Shown here: positions 48,329 to 58,015 of the stretch, one piece after another
How the letters are laid out: the number at the start of each line of letters is the position of its first letter
Numbering within the stretch: the stretch's first letter is position 1
Assembly: GCA_963674825.1 (NCBI GenBank)
Contig: OY771587.1
Span: 1,024,001 to 1,088,000 of the forward strand
Direction of reading: 5' to 3'
DNA: 64,000 nt
Source: Candidatus Cloacimonadales bacterium
GTDB taxonomy: Bacteria; Cloacimonadota; Cloacimonadia; Cloacimonadales; JAIOQZ01
Program-made: the position numbers and the translations under genes
Notes under the pieces: model-generated
What the model was told of the DNA's origin: nothing
Database searches by the model: none
Seen by the model: the letters and a program-made list of their open reading frames with translations, nothing else

Positions 48329-49603
48329 TTATTTTAGAATCAATTTATCCACGTCACCGAAGTTTTCGTAGGACGAGACGATGACCTTTTCACCAGGCTC
48401 TAGTCCCTCGGATACTTCGTAAAACTTCGAATTCTGCCGATTGATGCGGATATCCCGCTTCACGGCAAAATCACCACTTTCATCTACTACAAAAATCCAC
48501 TGTCCACCGGTTGTTTGGAAGAATCCGCCTCTCGGGATCAAGATTGCCATACGCGGCTCACCGAGCTCGAGTTTTACGCGGAAAGTCTGACCAATGCGCA
48601 GCTTAGGCGGGACCTTATCGCTGAAAACCATATCGACGTCGAAACGTCCGTCCTGCACTTCGGCATGGATTTTGGTAAGTTCGAGATCATAGTTGTTGCC
48701 CGTAAATTCAAACTGCCCGTGTAGTCCGCGAACAACGCGAGATATGTAATGCTCGTCGATCTCAGCACTGATTTTGTATGAATCCAGAATGTTGATCTGA
48801 CCGAGCCGCTCGCCTTCCGATTTCGCTTCGCCAATCTCGGCGTTGATCCAGGCAAGCTGTCCATTAACAGGCGCACGTACATTGAGGTTCTCGAGCTTGG
48901 TTTGCACAAGTCGCAGGTTTTCCTGCATGCGTTCGACAGAGTCTTCGAGCTGTTCGATCTGCACCTGACGAAACAGGGAATCCTGTTTTTGGGTCTCGAT
49001 AACCAAATCGACTTTGTTCCTGTAGTATTCGTAATCGTCCCGGGCTTCTTTGAATTCTTCCGGTGAGATAAAGTCTTTTTCGTTCAGCGCGACAGCCTGC
49101 TCAAAGTTCCGCTTTGCGGTTGCGAGCAAGTAGCGTGTTTCAAGTAGTTGCGATTTAAGGCTCAGCTTGTTTTGCTCCATTTGCAGACGCGTCGTGCGCA
49201 GGTTGTTCATCTGATCCGCAAGATCGGCCTCACGGTTCATGATGCTCATGTGCAGATTCGTATTGCTGAGGCGCAGGATGATATCGCCTTCCTTGACGTT
49301 CGATCCCTCTTCGATCAGGATTTCTTCTACACGGCCACCTTCGAGCGCGTCCAGATAGACGGTCGTGATAGGCTGCACCGTACCGGTGATGGTTATGTTA
49401 TCGAGGAAGTAGTCGTTCTTGACCTCTTCGATCGATATCCGATCCGTCTGAACGTTGAGTTTCACACTATGATCGGCGAAGATGAACTGGTACGCGAAGA
49501 ACATCACGACCAGTATGGAACCGGCGATAATCGATACTTTCTTTATCGTCCATTTCTTCTTTTCAATGATGCGGTCCATTCCGCTGATTTCTTGTTTATC
49601 CAT
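48329..49603 (-). CDS. Efflux periplasmic adaptor (HlyD/MacA family)
   Basis: N-terminal TM, lipoyl half-motifs (GGRVEEI...VRAPVNG), coiled coil, GLEPGEKVI. Confidence 0.92.
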   Translation of the reverse strand: MDKQEISGMDRIIEKKKWTIKKVSIIAGSILVVMFFAYQFIFADHSVKLNVQTDRISIEEVKNDYFLDNITITGTVQPITTVYLDALEGGRVEEILIEEGSNVKEGDIILRLSNTNLHMSIMNREADLADQMNNLRTTRLQMEQNKLSLKSQLLETRYLLATAKRNFEQAVALNEKDFISPEEFKEARDDYEYYRNKVDLVIETQKQDSLFRQVQIEQLEDSVERMQENLRLVQTKLENLNVRAPVNGQLAWINAEIGEAKSEGERLGQINILDSYKISAEIDEHYISRVVRGLHGQFEFTGNNYDLELTKIHAEVQDGRFDVDMVFSDKVPPKLRIGQTFRVKLELGEPRMAILIPRGGFFQTTGGQWIFVVDESGDFAVKRDIRINRQNSKFYEVSEGLEPGEKVIVSSYENFGDVDKLILK

Positions 49604-49665
49604 ACAGCACCTTTACTATGGGATGATTTTAAGGATGCATTTGTCGTTCCACTTGGAATAATACG

Positions 49666-49683
49666 ATAAATCAATTGATTTAT
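49666..49683. promoter_or_regulatory. Perfect 18-bp palindrome, putative operator of the efflux operon
   Basis: ATAAATCAATTGATTTAT between minus-strand TTGACG (49690-49695) and the start codon. Confidence 0.55.
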
Positions 49684-50010
49684 AGCATACGTCAAGCATT
49701 TCATGTACCTTCATGTACAAATCGTGTTCGCTGGCGGACATTTGCGTGGACATCACGCGAATGTAACACGCGAGCTAAAGGAAAAAGCTCTCTTCATGCG
49801 TATCAAACCGATATCATTTTGATTCTCGGCACGTAATATCGATATGCAGGTGACGGAGGTTAAATCGAGATGACGCTTTGCGTTAAGGTACGAAGAAAAA
49901 AGCGACTTTATGACTCCATGAAATATCCATAACTGTCTGTAAAGAAATACCTTGACATCGATCCCAATCTTGAAATCATGCCATTTATCGATCGAACATG
50001 GTGTATTCAT

Positions 50011-50358
50011 ATGAACATCCGAAAAAAATGGCTGCTTACGGTCTCGAGAACCGACTCAGACAAAGTTCTCAAGCTGAGCCTGTCTCAGCGCTCTGTCGTG
50101 TTCATGTTTGGTGCTCTCGTTCTCGTCATCTCACTGGTGATCGCATCCGTCTTATACGTGAACAAACACAGCGACCAGCTACGGGATATCCCGCGTCTGC
50201 AAGAGGAAAATCGCAAGCTGAAATCCCACATCGGAGAACTTGAGACTGATATGGATTCCGTTTATACCGACATCCAGCAGATGAAAGCCCTGGAAGACAG
50301 CCTGCGCTCGGATAAGAACCTTCGTGAGCTATACGATCAGATCAAGGAAACACCTTGA
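50011..50358 (+). CDS. Single-TM coiled-coil protein
   Basis: TM helix followed by heptad-rich region; overlaps next gene. Confidence 0.75.
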   Translation: MNIRKKWLLTVSRTDSDKVLKLSLSQRSVVFMFGALVLVISLVIASVLYVNKHSDQLRDIPRLQEENRKLKSHIGELETDMDSVYTDIQQMKALEDSLRSDKNLRELYDQIKETP

Positions 50359-51026
50359 AAAGCGTATGGATCATCACTTCCGGATTCGACCACATGAGCG
50401 ATCCCAAAGCGCTGCGCCATGTTTCGCAACTGCTCACTAATAGGCCCGAAGACTCTTTCCTGATTGCGGCTGACGGTGGTGCCAATCTCCTGTTCCGGCT
50501 GCGTATCGTCCCGGATCGTATCGCCGGCGACATGGATTCGATCTCGGAAGAAGCGCTCTGTTTTTATCGCAACAACATCGAGTTCGACCTGCATCCCGTA
50601 CAAAAGGATGAGACGGACGCAGAACTGGCGATGGAACAAGCGCTCGCGATGAACCCGGAATCGATCGTGATCTTCAATTCGATGCAGCAGCGGTTCGACC
50701 AGACTTTCGCGATCCTGGCCCTACTCGAACGCGCAATGGAAAAGAATATTCCCACATGGATCGAGACCGGAACACAGGAAATCATGCTCGCAACGAAAAA
50801 CAATCGCTTCGAAGACGCGGTCGGGAAAACTATCTCGCTGGCTCCGTTATCAAAAGAAGTAACCGGCGTCAGAACTACAGGTTTCAAGTATCCGCTCAAC
50901 GCAGAGACGCTCTATCGCGACCGGTGTCGAGGAATCAGTAATATTGTGATTGACACCGACGCTGAAATGTGTTATGAGAGCGGTGAGTTATTGATTATTA
51001 TTTCCCATAATCGGGAGGCCCGATGA
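50355..51026 (+). CDS. thiN: Thiamine diphosphokinase
   Basis: AADGGAN, GDMDS, KDETDAE, RFD, GFKYPL, GISN. Confidence 0.92.
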   Translation: MKSVWIITSGFDHMSDPKALRHVSQLLTNRPEDSFLIAADGGANLLFRLRIVPDRIAGDMDSISEEALCFYRNNIEFDLHPVQKDETDAELAMEQALAMNPESIVIFNSMQQRFDQTFAILALLERAMEKNIPTWIETGTQEIMLATKNNRFEDAVGKTISLAPLSKEVTGVRTTGFKYPLNAETLYRDRCRGISNIVIDTDAEMCYESGELLIIISHNREAR

Positions 51027-51241
51027 AATTTGAAGATGCCCTGACCAAGCTTGAAACGATCGTCGATCGACTCGAATCGGGCGAGGGTGACCTGGATGAA
51101 ATTTTGAAATTATACGAGGAAGGAACGGAACTGGTCAAGCTCTGTAATAAGAAGCTTAAAGAAGTGGAAGTGAAGATCGAGACCGTAACGTCCAGAATAA
51201 AGGATAATCCTGAAGCCATTGAAGGAGTGCCCAGTGAATAA
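51023..51241 (+). CDS. xseB: Exodeoxyribonuclease VII small subunit
   Basis: FEDALTKLETIV.LE.G...YEEG. Confidence 0.94.
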   Translation: MKFEDALTKLETIVDRLESGEGDLDEILKLYEEGTELVKLCNKKLKEVEVKIETVTSRIKDNPEAIEGVPSE

Positions 51242-52121
51242 AATGCTGTTGAAGAAGGATCTGAAAGAGAAACGTGAGCTGATCAATATCACGCTGGATC
51301 GTTTTCTACCCCGCAAAGACGAATATCCCAAGGATATCCACAAAGCGATACGCCATACACTGTTCGCCGGCGGGAAGCGTCTGCGACCCTATCTGGCGAT
51401 CCACGCTTTTTTACTGTTCAACGACAACCTCAACCTCATCAGGCCCATCGGCGCCGCGATCGAGATGCTGCACACCTACACGCTGATCCACGACGATCTG
51501 CCCGAGATCGATAACGATGATTACCGCCGCGGACGCAAGTCCTGCCACGTAATTTACGGCTCGGACATGGCGCTCCTGGCTGGCGACGCCCTTCTGGCAA
51601 GTGCTTTCGAAATCCTCTCCATGATGGAATTGTCCGATGACGTCAGCCTCCAAATGGTCCAGGAACTCGCTGAAGAAGCGGGAGACAAGGGCCTCATTGC
51701 CGGACAGGTAATGGACATCCTGATGGAAGGCAAAGACGTCACCGAAAAAGAACTGAAGTTCATCCACGACAATAAAACCGGCAGGCTGATCAAGCTCGCA
51801 ATCCGTTTTGGATGCTACGCCGGTGGAGCTGCTCCCGAAGATGTCGCACGCATGGAAAAATTCGGTGACAAACTCGGTCTGGCATTCCAGATCGTTGATG
51901 ATATCCTGGATATCGAAGGAAGCGCTGCCAAGCTCGGAAAATCCATAGGCAAAGACAAAAAAGTCAAAAAAGCAACCTTCCCGGCAGTTTACGGACTTGA
52001 AAAATCACGCGAAATCGCGGAAAAATTGATCAACGAATCGATCGAGCTGCTCGAGCCTTACGGCCCGAAAGCCGATATGCTTCGTATGCTGGCGGACTTC
52101 ATCCTCACACGGGACTTCTAA
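51234..52121 (+). CDS. ispA: Polyprenyl (farnesyl/geranylgeranyl) diphosphate synthase
   Basis: [33 protein letters not shown] before GTG 51234. Confidence 0.9.
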   Translation: MNKMLLKKDLKEKRELINITLDRFLPRKDEYPKDIHKAIRHTLFAGGKRLRPYLAIHAFLLFNDNLNLIRPIGAAIEMLHTYTLIHDDLPEIDNDDYRRGRKSCHVIYGSDMALLAGDALLASAFEILSMMELSDDVSLQMVQELAEEAGDKGLIAGQVMDILMEGKDVTEKELKFIHDNKTGRLIKLAIRFGCYAGGAAPEDVARMEKFGDKLGLAFQIVDDILDIEGSAAKLGKSIGKDKKVKKATFPAVYGLEKSREIAEKLINESIELLEPYGPKADMLRMLADFILTRDF

Positions 52122-52558
52122 TGATTCAAATCGAACTGAAGCCTCTCAACGACAGAGCCAGAATTCCGCGCCGCATGACCCGGCACGCCGCCGGCTACGA
52201 TATCTATGCGTCCATTGAAAAAGACATTACGATCAACCCCGGTGAGGTGAAGCTCGTCCCCACCGGCATCGCCATCGGAATCCCGGAAGGTTATGAAGCA
52301 CAGATCAGGCCCCGTAGCGGCCTGGCTCTTAAGCACGGTGTCGGCGTCCTCAATTCCCCCGGCACTATCGATTCCGATTACCGCGGGGAGATCGGCGTGA
52401 TCCTGTTTAACTTCGGCACCGAACCTTTTGCTGTCAAACCCGATACGCGCATCGCTCAGATGATCATTTCACGCGCTGAAACGGTAGATTTCTTCATCGT
52501 TGACGAGCTCAGCGATACCGAGCGCGGCGCAGGCGGTTTCGGACACACAAATATCTGA
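52121..52558 (+). CDS. dut: dUTP diphosphatase
   Basis: [32 protein letters not shown]. Confidence 0.97.
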   Translation: MIQIELKPLNDRARIPRRMTRHAAGYDIYASIEKDITINPGEVKLVPTGIAIGIPEGYEAQIRPRSGLALKHGVGVLNSPGTIDSDYRGEIGVILFNFGTEPFAVKPDTRIAQMIISRAETVDFFIVDELSDTERGAGGFGHTNI

Positions 52559-52613
52559 AATCTCCAGGAGTTCCCATGAAAAACCGCCTATCAAGATCAC
52601 CAAGGAATAAACA

Positions 52614-53534
52614 ATGAACAATCTTTCCGCGAAGATAACCAAAGAAACCATACAACGACTGAAGAAAGAAAAGAACGCCGTCATCCTGGCGCATAATTAC
52701 CAGATCCTCGAAGTGCAGGATGTCGCCGATTTTACCGGCGATTCACTCGCACTGGCGCAGGAAGCTACCCGTGTCGAGGCTGACATCATCGTTTTTGCAG
52801 GCGTGCGCTTCATGGCCGAAACAGCCAAGCTGCTCAGCCCGAACGCAAAGGTGCTTCTGACCCACGAAGAAGCAGGATGCCCTATGGCTGATATGATCAC
52901 CGGAGAGCAGGTTGTGGAATTCAAGAAGCAGCACCCCGGTGCGATTACGCTCTGCTATGTCAATTCAACTGTCGAAGTCAAAGCCGAGTGCGACTATTGC
53001 GTCACTTCGTCCAATGCAGTCAAGATCGTGAATTCGCTCCCAAAAGACAAGCCCATCCTTTTCGTTCCAGATCAGAATCTGGGTACCTTCGCCGCCGACA
53101 ACACCGGACGCGAAGTGATCGTGTGGGACGGCTATTGCAACGTCCATCACCAGATGATTCGCCTGGATGATATCGAAAAAGCACGCAAGAAGTTCCCCGA
53201 TCACACCATCATCGTCCACCCCGAGTGCAAACCGGAAGTGTTCCGCGCGGCAGACGTCGTCACCAGCACCAAGGGAATGGAAGATTACGCCGCTGAGCAC
53301 GACAATCTGATTATCGGCACCGAGATCGGGCTTGTTCAGAAGCTGCAACAGATGTATCCCGAAAAGTCGATCATGCCGCTCTGCGAACGTGCTACATGCA
53401 TCAACATGAAGAAGACATCCCTGCGTGAAGTGCTCCTGACCCTGCTGGAAGAAAGCGGCGAGATCACAATCGAACCGGAGATCGCAAAACGAGCGCTGAA
53501 AAGCATCAACGCCATGCTGGAGCTGAGTCGCTGA
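52614..53534 (+). CDS. nadA: Quinolinate synthase
   Basis: LAHNYQ, GDSL, GCPMA, YVNS, HPEC, CINMKK. Confidence 0.96.
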   Translation: MNNLSAKITKETIQRLKKEKNAVILAHNYQILEVQDVADFTGDSLALAQEATRVEADIIVFAGVRFMAETAKLLSPNAKVLLTHEEAGCPMADMITGEQVVEFKKQHPGAITLCYVNSTVEVKAECDYCVTSSNAVKIVNSLPKDKPILFVPDQNLGTFAADNTGREVIVWDGYCNVHHQMIRLDDIEKARKKFPDHTIIVHPECKPEVFRAADVVTSTKGMEDYAAEHDNLIIGTEIGLVQKLQQMYPEKSIMPLCERATCINMKKTSLREVLLTLLEESGEITIEPEIAKRALKSINAMLELSR

Positions 53535-54172
53535 CACTGGTCGAACTGCCGTTCAGAGGACTCTCTATTCATCAGGACCCGGGACAACCGGTATCGAGTG
53601 ACGCTGCGTTTCTGGTCGAGACCGTAGCCCTCGAGATTTCGGACAATCCAGCCATGCTTCTGGAGCTCGGAAGCGGCACCGGAATCGTCTCTATTATGCT
53701 CAAACTAACGTGCCCCAAGTTGATGATCACCGCACTGGAGATCCGTGAAAGTGCCTGTGAGTTGGCACGCGCCAATCTCGATCGTACAGGCACAGATATC
53801 AACTTACTTCACCAGGATTTACGCAATTTCACGGCAACCCGACCCTTTGATTTTATCGTCACCAATCCACCGTACATCCCGCATGGAAAGGGACGACTCA
53901 GCCCGGATGCAGAACGCAATATTGCCCGTCATGAACTTTCCTGCACAATGGAGGACATCCTGCGCTGTATCCAGCGAAATCTCGCAGCGGATGGTACGGC
54001 ATTCCTGCTTTATCCCGATGAGCGCATCGACGAGCTCGAAGAAAAGATGAAAAATGTTGACCTTCGTATGGTTCGCAGAATATCATCGCCGCAAAGCAGA
54101 AAAGGCACGACGATTGCAATATTGATACCCTCACCCCAATCCTCTCCCATTTCATGGGCGAGGGAGAAGTAA
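53531..54172 (+). CDS. SAM methyltransferase, YfiC/TrmN6-like (probable CTG start; first ATG at 53654)
   Basis: LELGSGTG, TNPPY, IARHE; frame open back to the nadA stop. Confidence 0.8.
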   Translation: MTLVELPFRGLSIHQDPGQPVSSDAAFLVETVALEISDNPAMLLELGSGTGIVSIMLKLTCPKLMITALEIRESACELARANLDRTGTDINLLHQDLRNFTATRPFDFIVTNPPYIPHGKGRLSPDAERNIARHELSCTMEDILRCIQRNLAADGTAFLLYPDERIDELEEKMKNVDLRMVRRISSPQSRKGTTIAILIPSPQSSPISWAREK

Positions 54173-54188
54173 GGAAGACCGAAACGCT

Positions 54189-54812
54189 ATGCTGAAGATC
54201 AACGACCTAAAGGTATTCGCAAACGACACAGAGATCCTATCTGTGCCGGAGCTTCACATCCCGTCGCGGACATGCGGCCTTCTGGCCGGTGGCAACAGCG
54301 CGGGACGCAGCCTGTTAATGCGCGCAATTCACGGTGAATACAAGAAAGTCGATGGCAACATCCTGATTAAAGACGAATCGATCCACAGCCGTAAGGTCAA
54401 ACGCAAGACCATCCTGATCCAGCCAGAGATACACCTTTTGGAGAAGAAATCGGTACGTGAAAATCTTCGTATCCCATTGCTGAAACTCACGGCAAGGCAG
54501 AACGAACGCGTCAAACAACTCAGCGAAATGGTGGGGCTTGCGGATCGCCTCGATTCACCTGTCTGCCGTCTTGGTTACTCTGAAAAAATAATTATCGAAA
54601 TGATTCGCGCGGTGGTACAGTTACCGTTCGCTATCCTTATCGACGACATCGATATCTATTTCGACACCGAGCGCTACCAGAGCGTCATGAAAATGCTGCG
54701 CATCGCCTGCGACGGCGGCACTGCCATTTTAGCGACCGCAAAGTCAAGGCTTGACGGATTCGGCCGCTATTATCATATCGAGCAAGGAATTCTCAGGGAG
54801 GAAATGGCGTGA
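54189..54812 (+). CDS. Divergent ABC ATP-binding-like protein (FtsE-like)
   Basis: ABC layout with degenerate Walker A (GGNSAGRS) and Walker B (ILIDD). Confidence 0.7.
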   Translation: MLKINDLKVFANDTEILSVPELHIPSRTCGLLAGGNSAGRSLLMRAIHGEYKKVDGNILIKDESIHSRKVKRKTILIQPEIHLLEKKSVRENLRIPLLKLTARQNERVKQLSEMVGLADRLDSPVCRLGYSEKIIIEMIRAVVQLPFAILIDDIDIYFDTERYQSVMKMLRIACDGGTAILATAKSRLDGFGRYYHIEQGILREEMA

Positions 54813-55579
54813 AATTCTGGTGGCAGTTTCTAATCGTGATGATGATTATCTTTGGCTGGGACTGCTTGCGGTTGTTCCTGGAACAACGGGTGGATCGCAT
54901 CGGAAATCAGCTCTACGATACACCTGTCATGATGTTCTCCACCGAAGATGAGACGACGCAGCATGCAGACAGCTTGCTACGCCGAATCTCCTACGTAAAG
55001 CACCTCAATGTGATCACCGGAAGCGAATCGAGCGATACGCTGATCGCCAAGTACAACCTCCAGCAGGCGCGCGATATTCTGGACGACGTGGACCTTCCGG
55101 ATATTCTTCAGCTCAACCTCGAGCCGGACGACTATACTGAAGGAAGCATCCGAGAACTCACCACACATGCGGATTCGCTGGGGATCCCGCTCGAGTACGA
55201 CTATGAGCGCTGGCTATCTCTCCGTACCGCATACGACGACGCCATCGTCATCCGGGGAACCGTGGATATCGTGCTTGCATTCGTGCTATTTTTGGTAGTT
55301 GGGTCGCTGGGAACATGGTCAGAGACGCGTGAAAACCTCTTCTGGAAGGTTTACAGAAGAGCCGGCGGAGACGAAGGCAAACGGTTACGCAGCTTTATAC
55401 GAAAATACCTCACGCTGGTCTTTGTCCCTGTAATATTCAGCACGGTTTTCGTTGTACTTATGAGAAAATACGTAATGCAGTCCACCTGGCAGGAGATGGA
55501 TCTTTCCGGTCTGCAAGGGCTCGGGCTGCTGCTTGGAGCACTGGTGACGGCGATCTCCATTCGAAGCGAAGAGTCATGA
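54809..55579 (+). CDS. Divergent FtsX-like membrane protein
   Basis: 1 TM, periplasmic domain (LPDILQL), 3 TM; follows the ABC-like gene. Confidence 0.6.
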   Translation: MKFWWQFLIVMMIIFGWDCLRLFLEQRVDRIGNQLYDTPVMMFSTEDETTQHADSLLRRISYVKHLNVITGSESSDTLIAKYNLQQARDILDDVDLPDILQLNLEPDDYTEGSIRELTTHADSLGIPLEYDYERWLSLRTAYDDAIVIRGTVDIVLAFVLFLVVGSLGTWSETRENLFWKVYRRAGGDEGKRLRSFIRKYLTLVFVPVIFSTVFVVLMRKYVMQSTWQEMDLSGLQGLGLLLGALVTAISIRSEES

Positions 55580-56154
55580 AAAAACATATTCCGAATCTTC
55601 TTACAACATTGCGCATGGCATGCGTACCGTTATTGATATGGTTCCTATTCTGGTACAGCCCCGCGGACAAAGGCTACCTCTGGGGCCTTATCGTTTTTGT
55701 CGGCGCTTCAATTACCGACTGGCTGGACGGCCTTCTGGCGCGCCAGTGGAATATTATCTCCAATTTCGGCAAAATCATGGATCCGCTGGCTGACAAGCTG
55801 GTGGTCATTACCGCAATCCTTGCTCTGTCGATAGGCCCTTGGAAGCTGATCGGGCTTTGGGTGGTGATCGTTGTTGTAGTGCGCGAAGTGGCTGTCACCA
55901 TGCGGCGCAACTACTATTCCCGCAAGAACATCTTCATCCCCGCCAACATCTGGGGAAAGCTCAAGACCGTCACGCAGATGATCGGCATCATCGCGGCGCT
56001 AGCGTTCTACGCGTTCAAACCGTACATCCCATTCTTGCAGAGCTTTCACAATCCTATTGAAATCGTATTGCGCATCTGTTTCTGGATCATCGCGCTTGTC
56101 ACCGTCCTTTCGGGCGCAACCTACTTCCTGCCACACAAGGAGAAGACCGCATGA
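55576..56154 (+). CDS. pgsA: CDP-diacylglycerol--glycerol-3-phosphate phosphatidyltransferase
   Basis: PNLLT..R, TDWLDGLLAR...FGKIMDPLADK, GKLKT. Confidence 0.93.
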   Translation: MKKHIPNLLTTLRMACVPLLIWFLFWYSPADKGYLWGLIVFVGASITDWLDGLLARQWNIISNFGKIMDPLADKLVVITAILALSIGPWKLIGLWVVIVVVVREVAVTMRRNYYSRKNIFIPANIWGKLKTVTQMIGIIAALAFYAFKPYIPFLQSFHNPIEIVLRICFWIIALVTVLSGATYFLPHKEKTA

Positions 56155-57209
56155 GACGCACAATCATCGTTCTGATGCTTTTTGTTGCCGTTCTGTCAGG
56201 CTGTGGAAGAAGCCAAAAAAACAAGGACAACACAAAGCTCCGCACCGATAAACCACCGTCATGGGGGCACATCCAGACGATCTACATCTTCGCCGACGAT
56301 GCCGTCTGGAACAGTGTGGAGAAATATCTGCGTTACTCCCTCGAACGTGCAGAATTCACTACCGAAAACGAACCATGGTTCATGGTGGAACGCGTCAACA
56401 TCAACGACATGGAACGTTACTACCGCTTCGCGAACCTGCTCTTCATGGGGCATCTGCGTTCGGCGGACAAAGTATCCTCGTACCTGACGGAGAAACTCGG
56501 CGATTCCTACATTCAGCAAGTTAAAGATAGCGGCGGTGGATTATTCTCCCGCGAAGATCTCTGGTCAAACGACCAGATCGCTGTTTTCCTCATGACTGAA
56601 AGCGGCGAGGAGATGCCGCGCTTCAACTACGAAAAGGCAAACGATATTTTCTCACTCTTCCAAGACAAGCTGCACCAGCGAATGAAACGCCGTGCCTATC
56701 TGCCGGGAATCCATCCCAAGTCCGATTTCAACGGCCTCCCATGGTATGTTCAGCTTCCGAAAAACTACAACGCTTACCGCGAAGATAAAGAAAACCACGC
56801 CAACGCATGGCTGGCAAGGCTCGGAAAACAGCCGGATCGCTACTTCGGCGTCTATTATGAGAAGCTGAGCGAAAAGCCGAATCTGCGCACGTGGGGATTG
56901 GAAGCCCGTAAGAAGTATGCTTTCGACACCTACGACGAAGACGTCTTCGACCCAAAGGCTGCACGTACGCAATCGATCGAGATCGACGGACAGCAAGCGC
57001 TGAAGATCGCCGGCCCCTGGAAGAATGATAAATATTACGTCGGCGGCGCATTTCAGTGCTACGTTTTATACGATGATGCGACATCGACCGCTTTTCTTAT
57101 TGACAACTCGATCTATTATCCGGAAGGTTACAAATTGACAACGCTGATCGAACTTGAGGAGATCAGCAAAACGTTCCAAGTCAAACATCCTGGAGGAAGC
57201 CCGGAATGA
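56151..57209 (+). CDS. Lipoprotein, DUF4837-like
   Basis: LSGC lipobox; GGAF...P..K...ELE pattern. Confidence 0.7.
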   Translation: MRRTIIVLMLFVAVLSGCGRSQKNKDNTKLRTDKPPSWGHIQTIYIFADDAVWNSVEKYLRYSLERAEFTTENEPWFMVERVNINDMERYYRFANLLFMGHLRSADKVSSYLTEKLGDSYIQQVKDSGGGLFSREDLWSNDQIAVFLMTESGEEMPRFNYEKANDIFSLFQDKLHQRMKRRAYLPGIHPKSDFNGLPWYVQLPKNYNAYREDKENHANAWLARLGKQPDRYFGVYYEKLSEKPNLRTWGLEARKKYAFDTYDEDVFDPKAARTQSIEIDGQQALKIAGPWKNDKYYVGGAFQCYVLYDDATSTAFLIDNSIYYPEGYKLTTLIELEEISKTFQVKHPGGSPE

Positions 57210-58003
57210 AAAAAGCTGGATTGATTTTGATTCTGGTCGCGCTGGTTGTGACCGGCTATGCGTATGAACTAAGGAAACTCGCCGATGCTCCGACTGCCGG
57301 CGTGTTGCAGCGCGGAGAGGCATCTGTTTTCACCAAGATCTATCGCCAGAGCGGAATGCTCGTCGGCGCGGAAGTAGGACTTTTTCCCGGATTCATGTTT
57401 GGCGTTAGTTACGGTGGCGAGAACATCGTAGGTAACGACGAACCCGTGTGGCACGAGCGTATTGAATTCATGGCAAAATATCGCCTGATTGATGAATCAG
57501 CGAAATGGCCGGCGGTCGCCATTGGTTACGATTCACGCGGACATGGTGTCTATCACAAGTACGATAAGCGCTACGACATCAAATCCAAGGGCTTTTACGC
57601 AGTTGCCAGCAAGAACTACCTGCTGCTTGGCAACCTCGGATTCCATGGTGGGATCAATTACTCGATGGAGAATGAGGATGACGACGACGACATCAACTTC
57701 TTTGTTGGAATCGATAAGGACATCACCAGCAAAGTAACCGTAGCCTGTGAATATGACCTTGCGCTCAACGACACCGAAGGCCGTAAGCTCGATCCGGAAG
57801 AAGACGTGATCGAAGAACAGCCCGAGGATGATGAAATCCCACGTCTGGAAAACTACAAGAAGGGCTATCTCAACGCCGCCATCAACATCCGGTTCACCGA
57901 TTATCTCATGCTGCGCGTCGAGGGTTACGACATCCTCGAAAACAGCAAGCTCACCAACGGATTCGATCGCGCGGTCATGATCATCTACAACATGACCTTC
58001 TAA
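57206..58003 (+). CDS. Outer-membrane beta-barrel protein (YjbH-like)
   Basis: Signal peptide, PTAGVL, YAVASK, C-terminal Phe. Confidence 0.7.
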   Translation: MKKAGLILILVALVVTGYAYELRKLADAPTAGVLQRGEASVFTKIYRQSGMLVGAEVGLFPGFMFGVSYGGENIVGNDEPVWHERIEFMAKYRLIDESAKWPAVAIGYDSRGHGVYHKYDKRYDIKSKGFYAVASKNYLLLGNLGFHGGINYSMENEDDDDDINFFVGIDKDITSKVTVACEYDLALNDTEGRKLDPEEDVIEEQPEDDEIPRLENYKKGYLNAAINIRFTDYLMLRVEGYDILENSKLTNGFDRAVMIIYNMTF

Positions 58004-58015
58004 TCCAGCGCAGGC

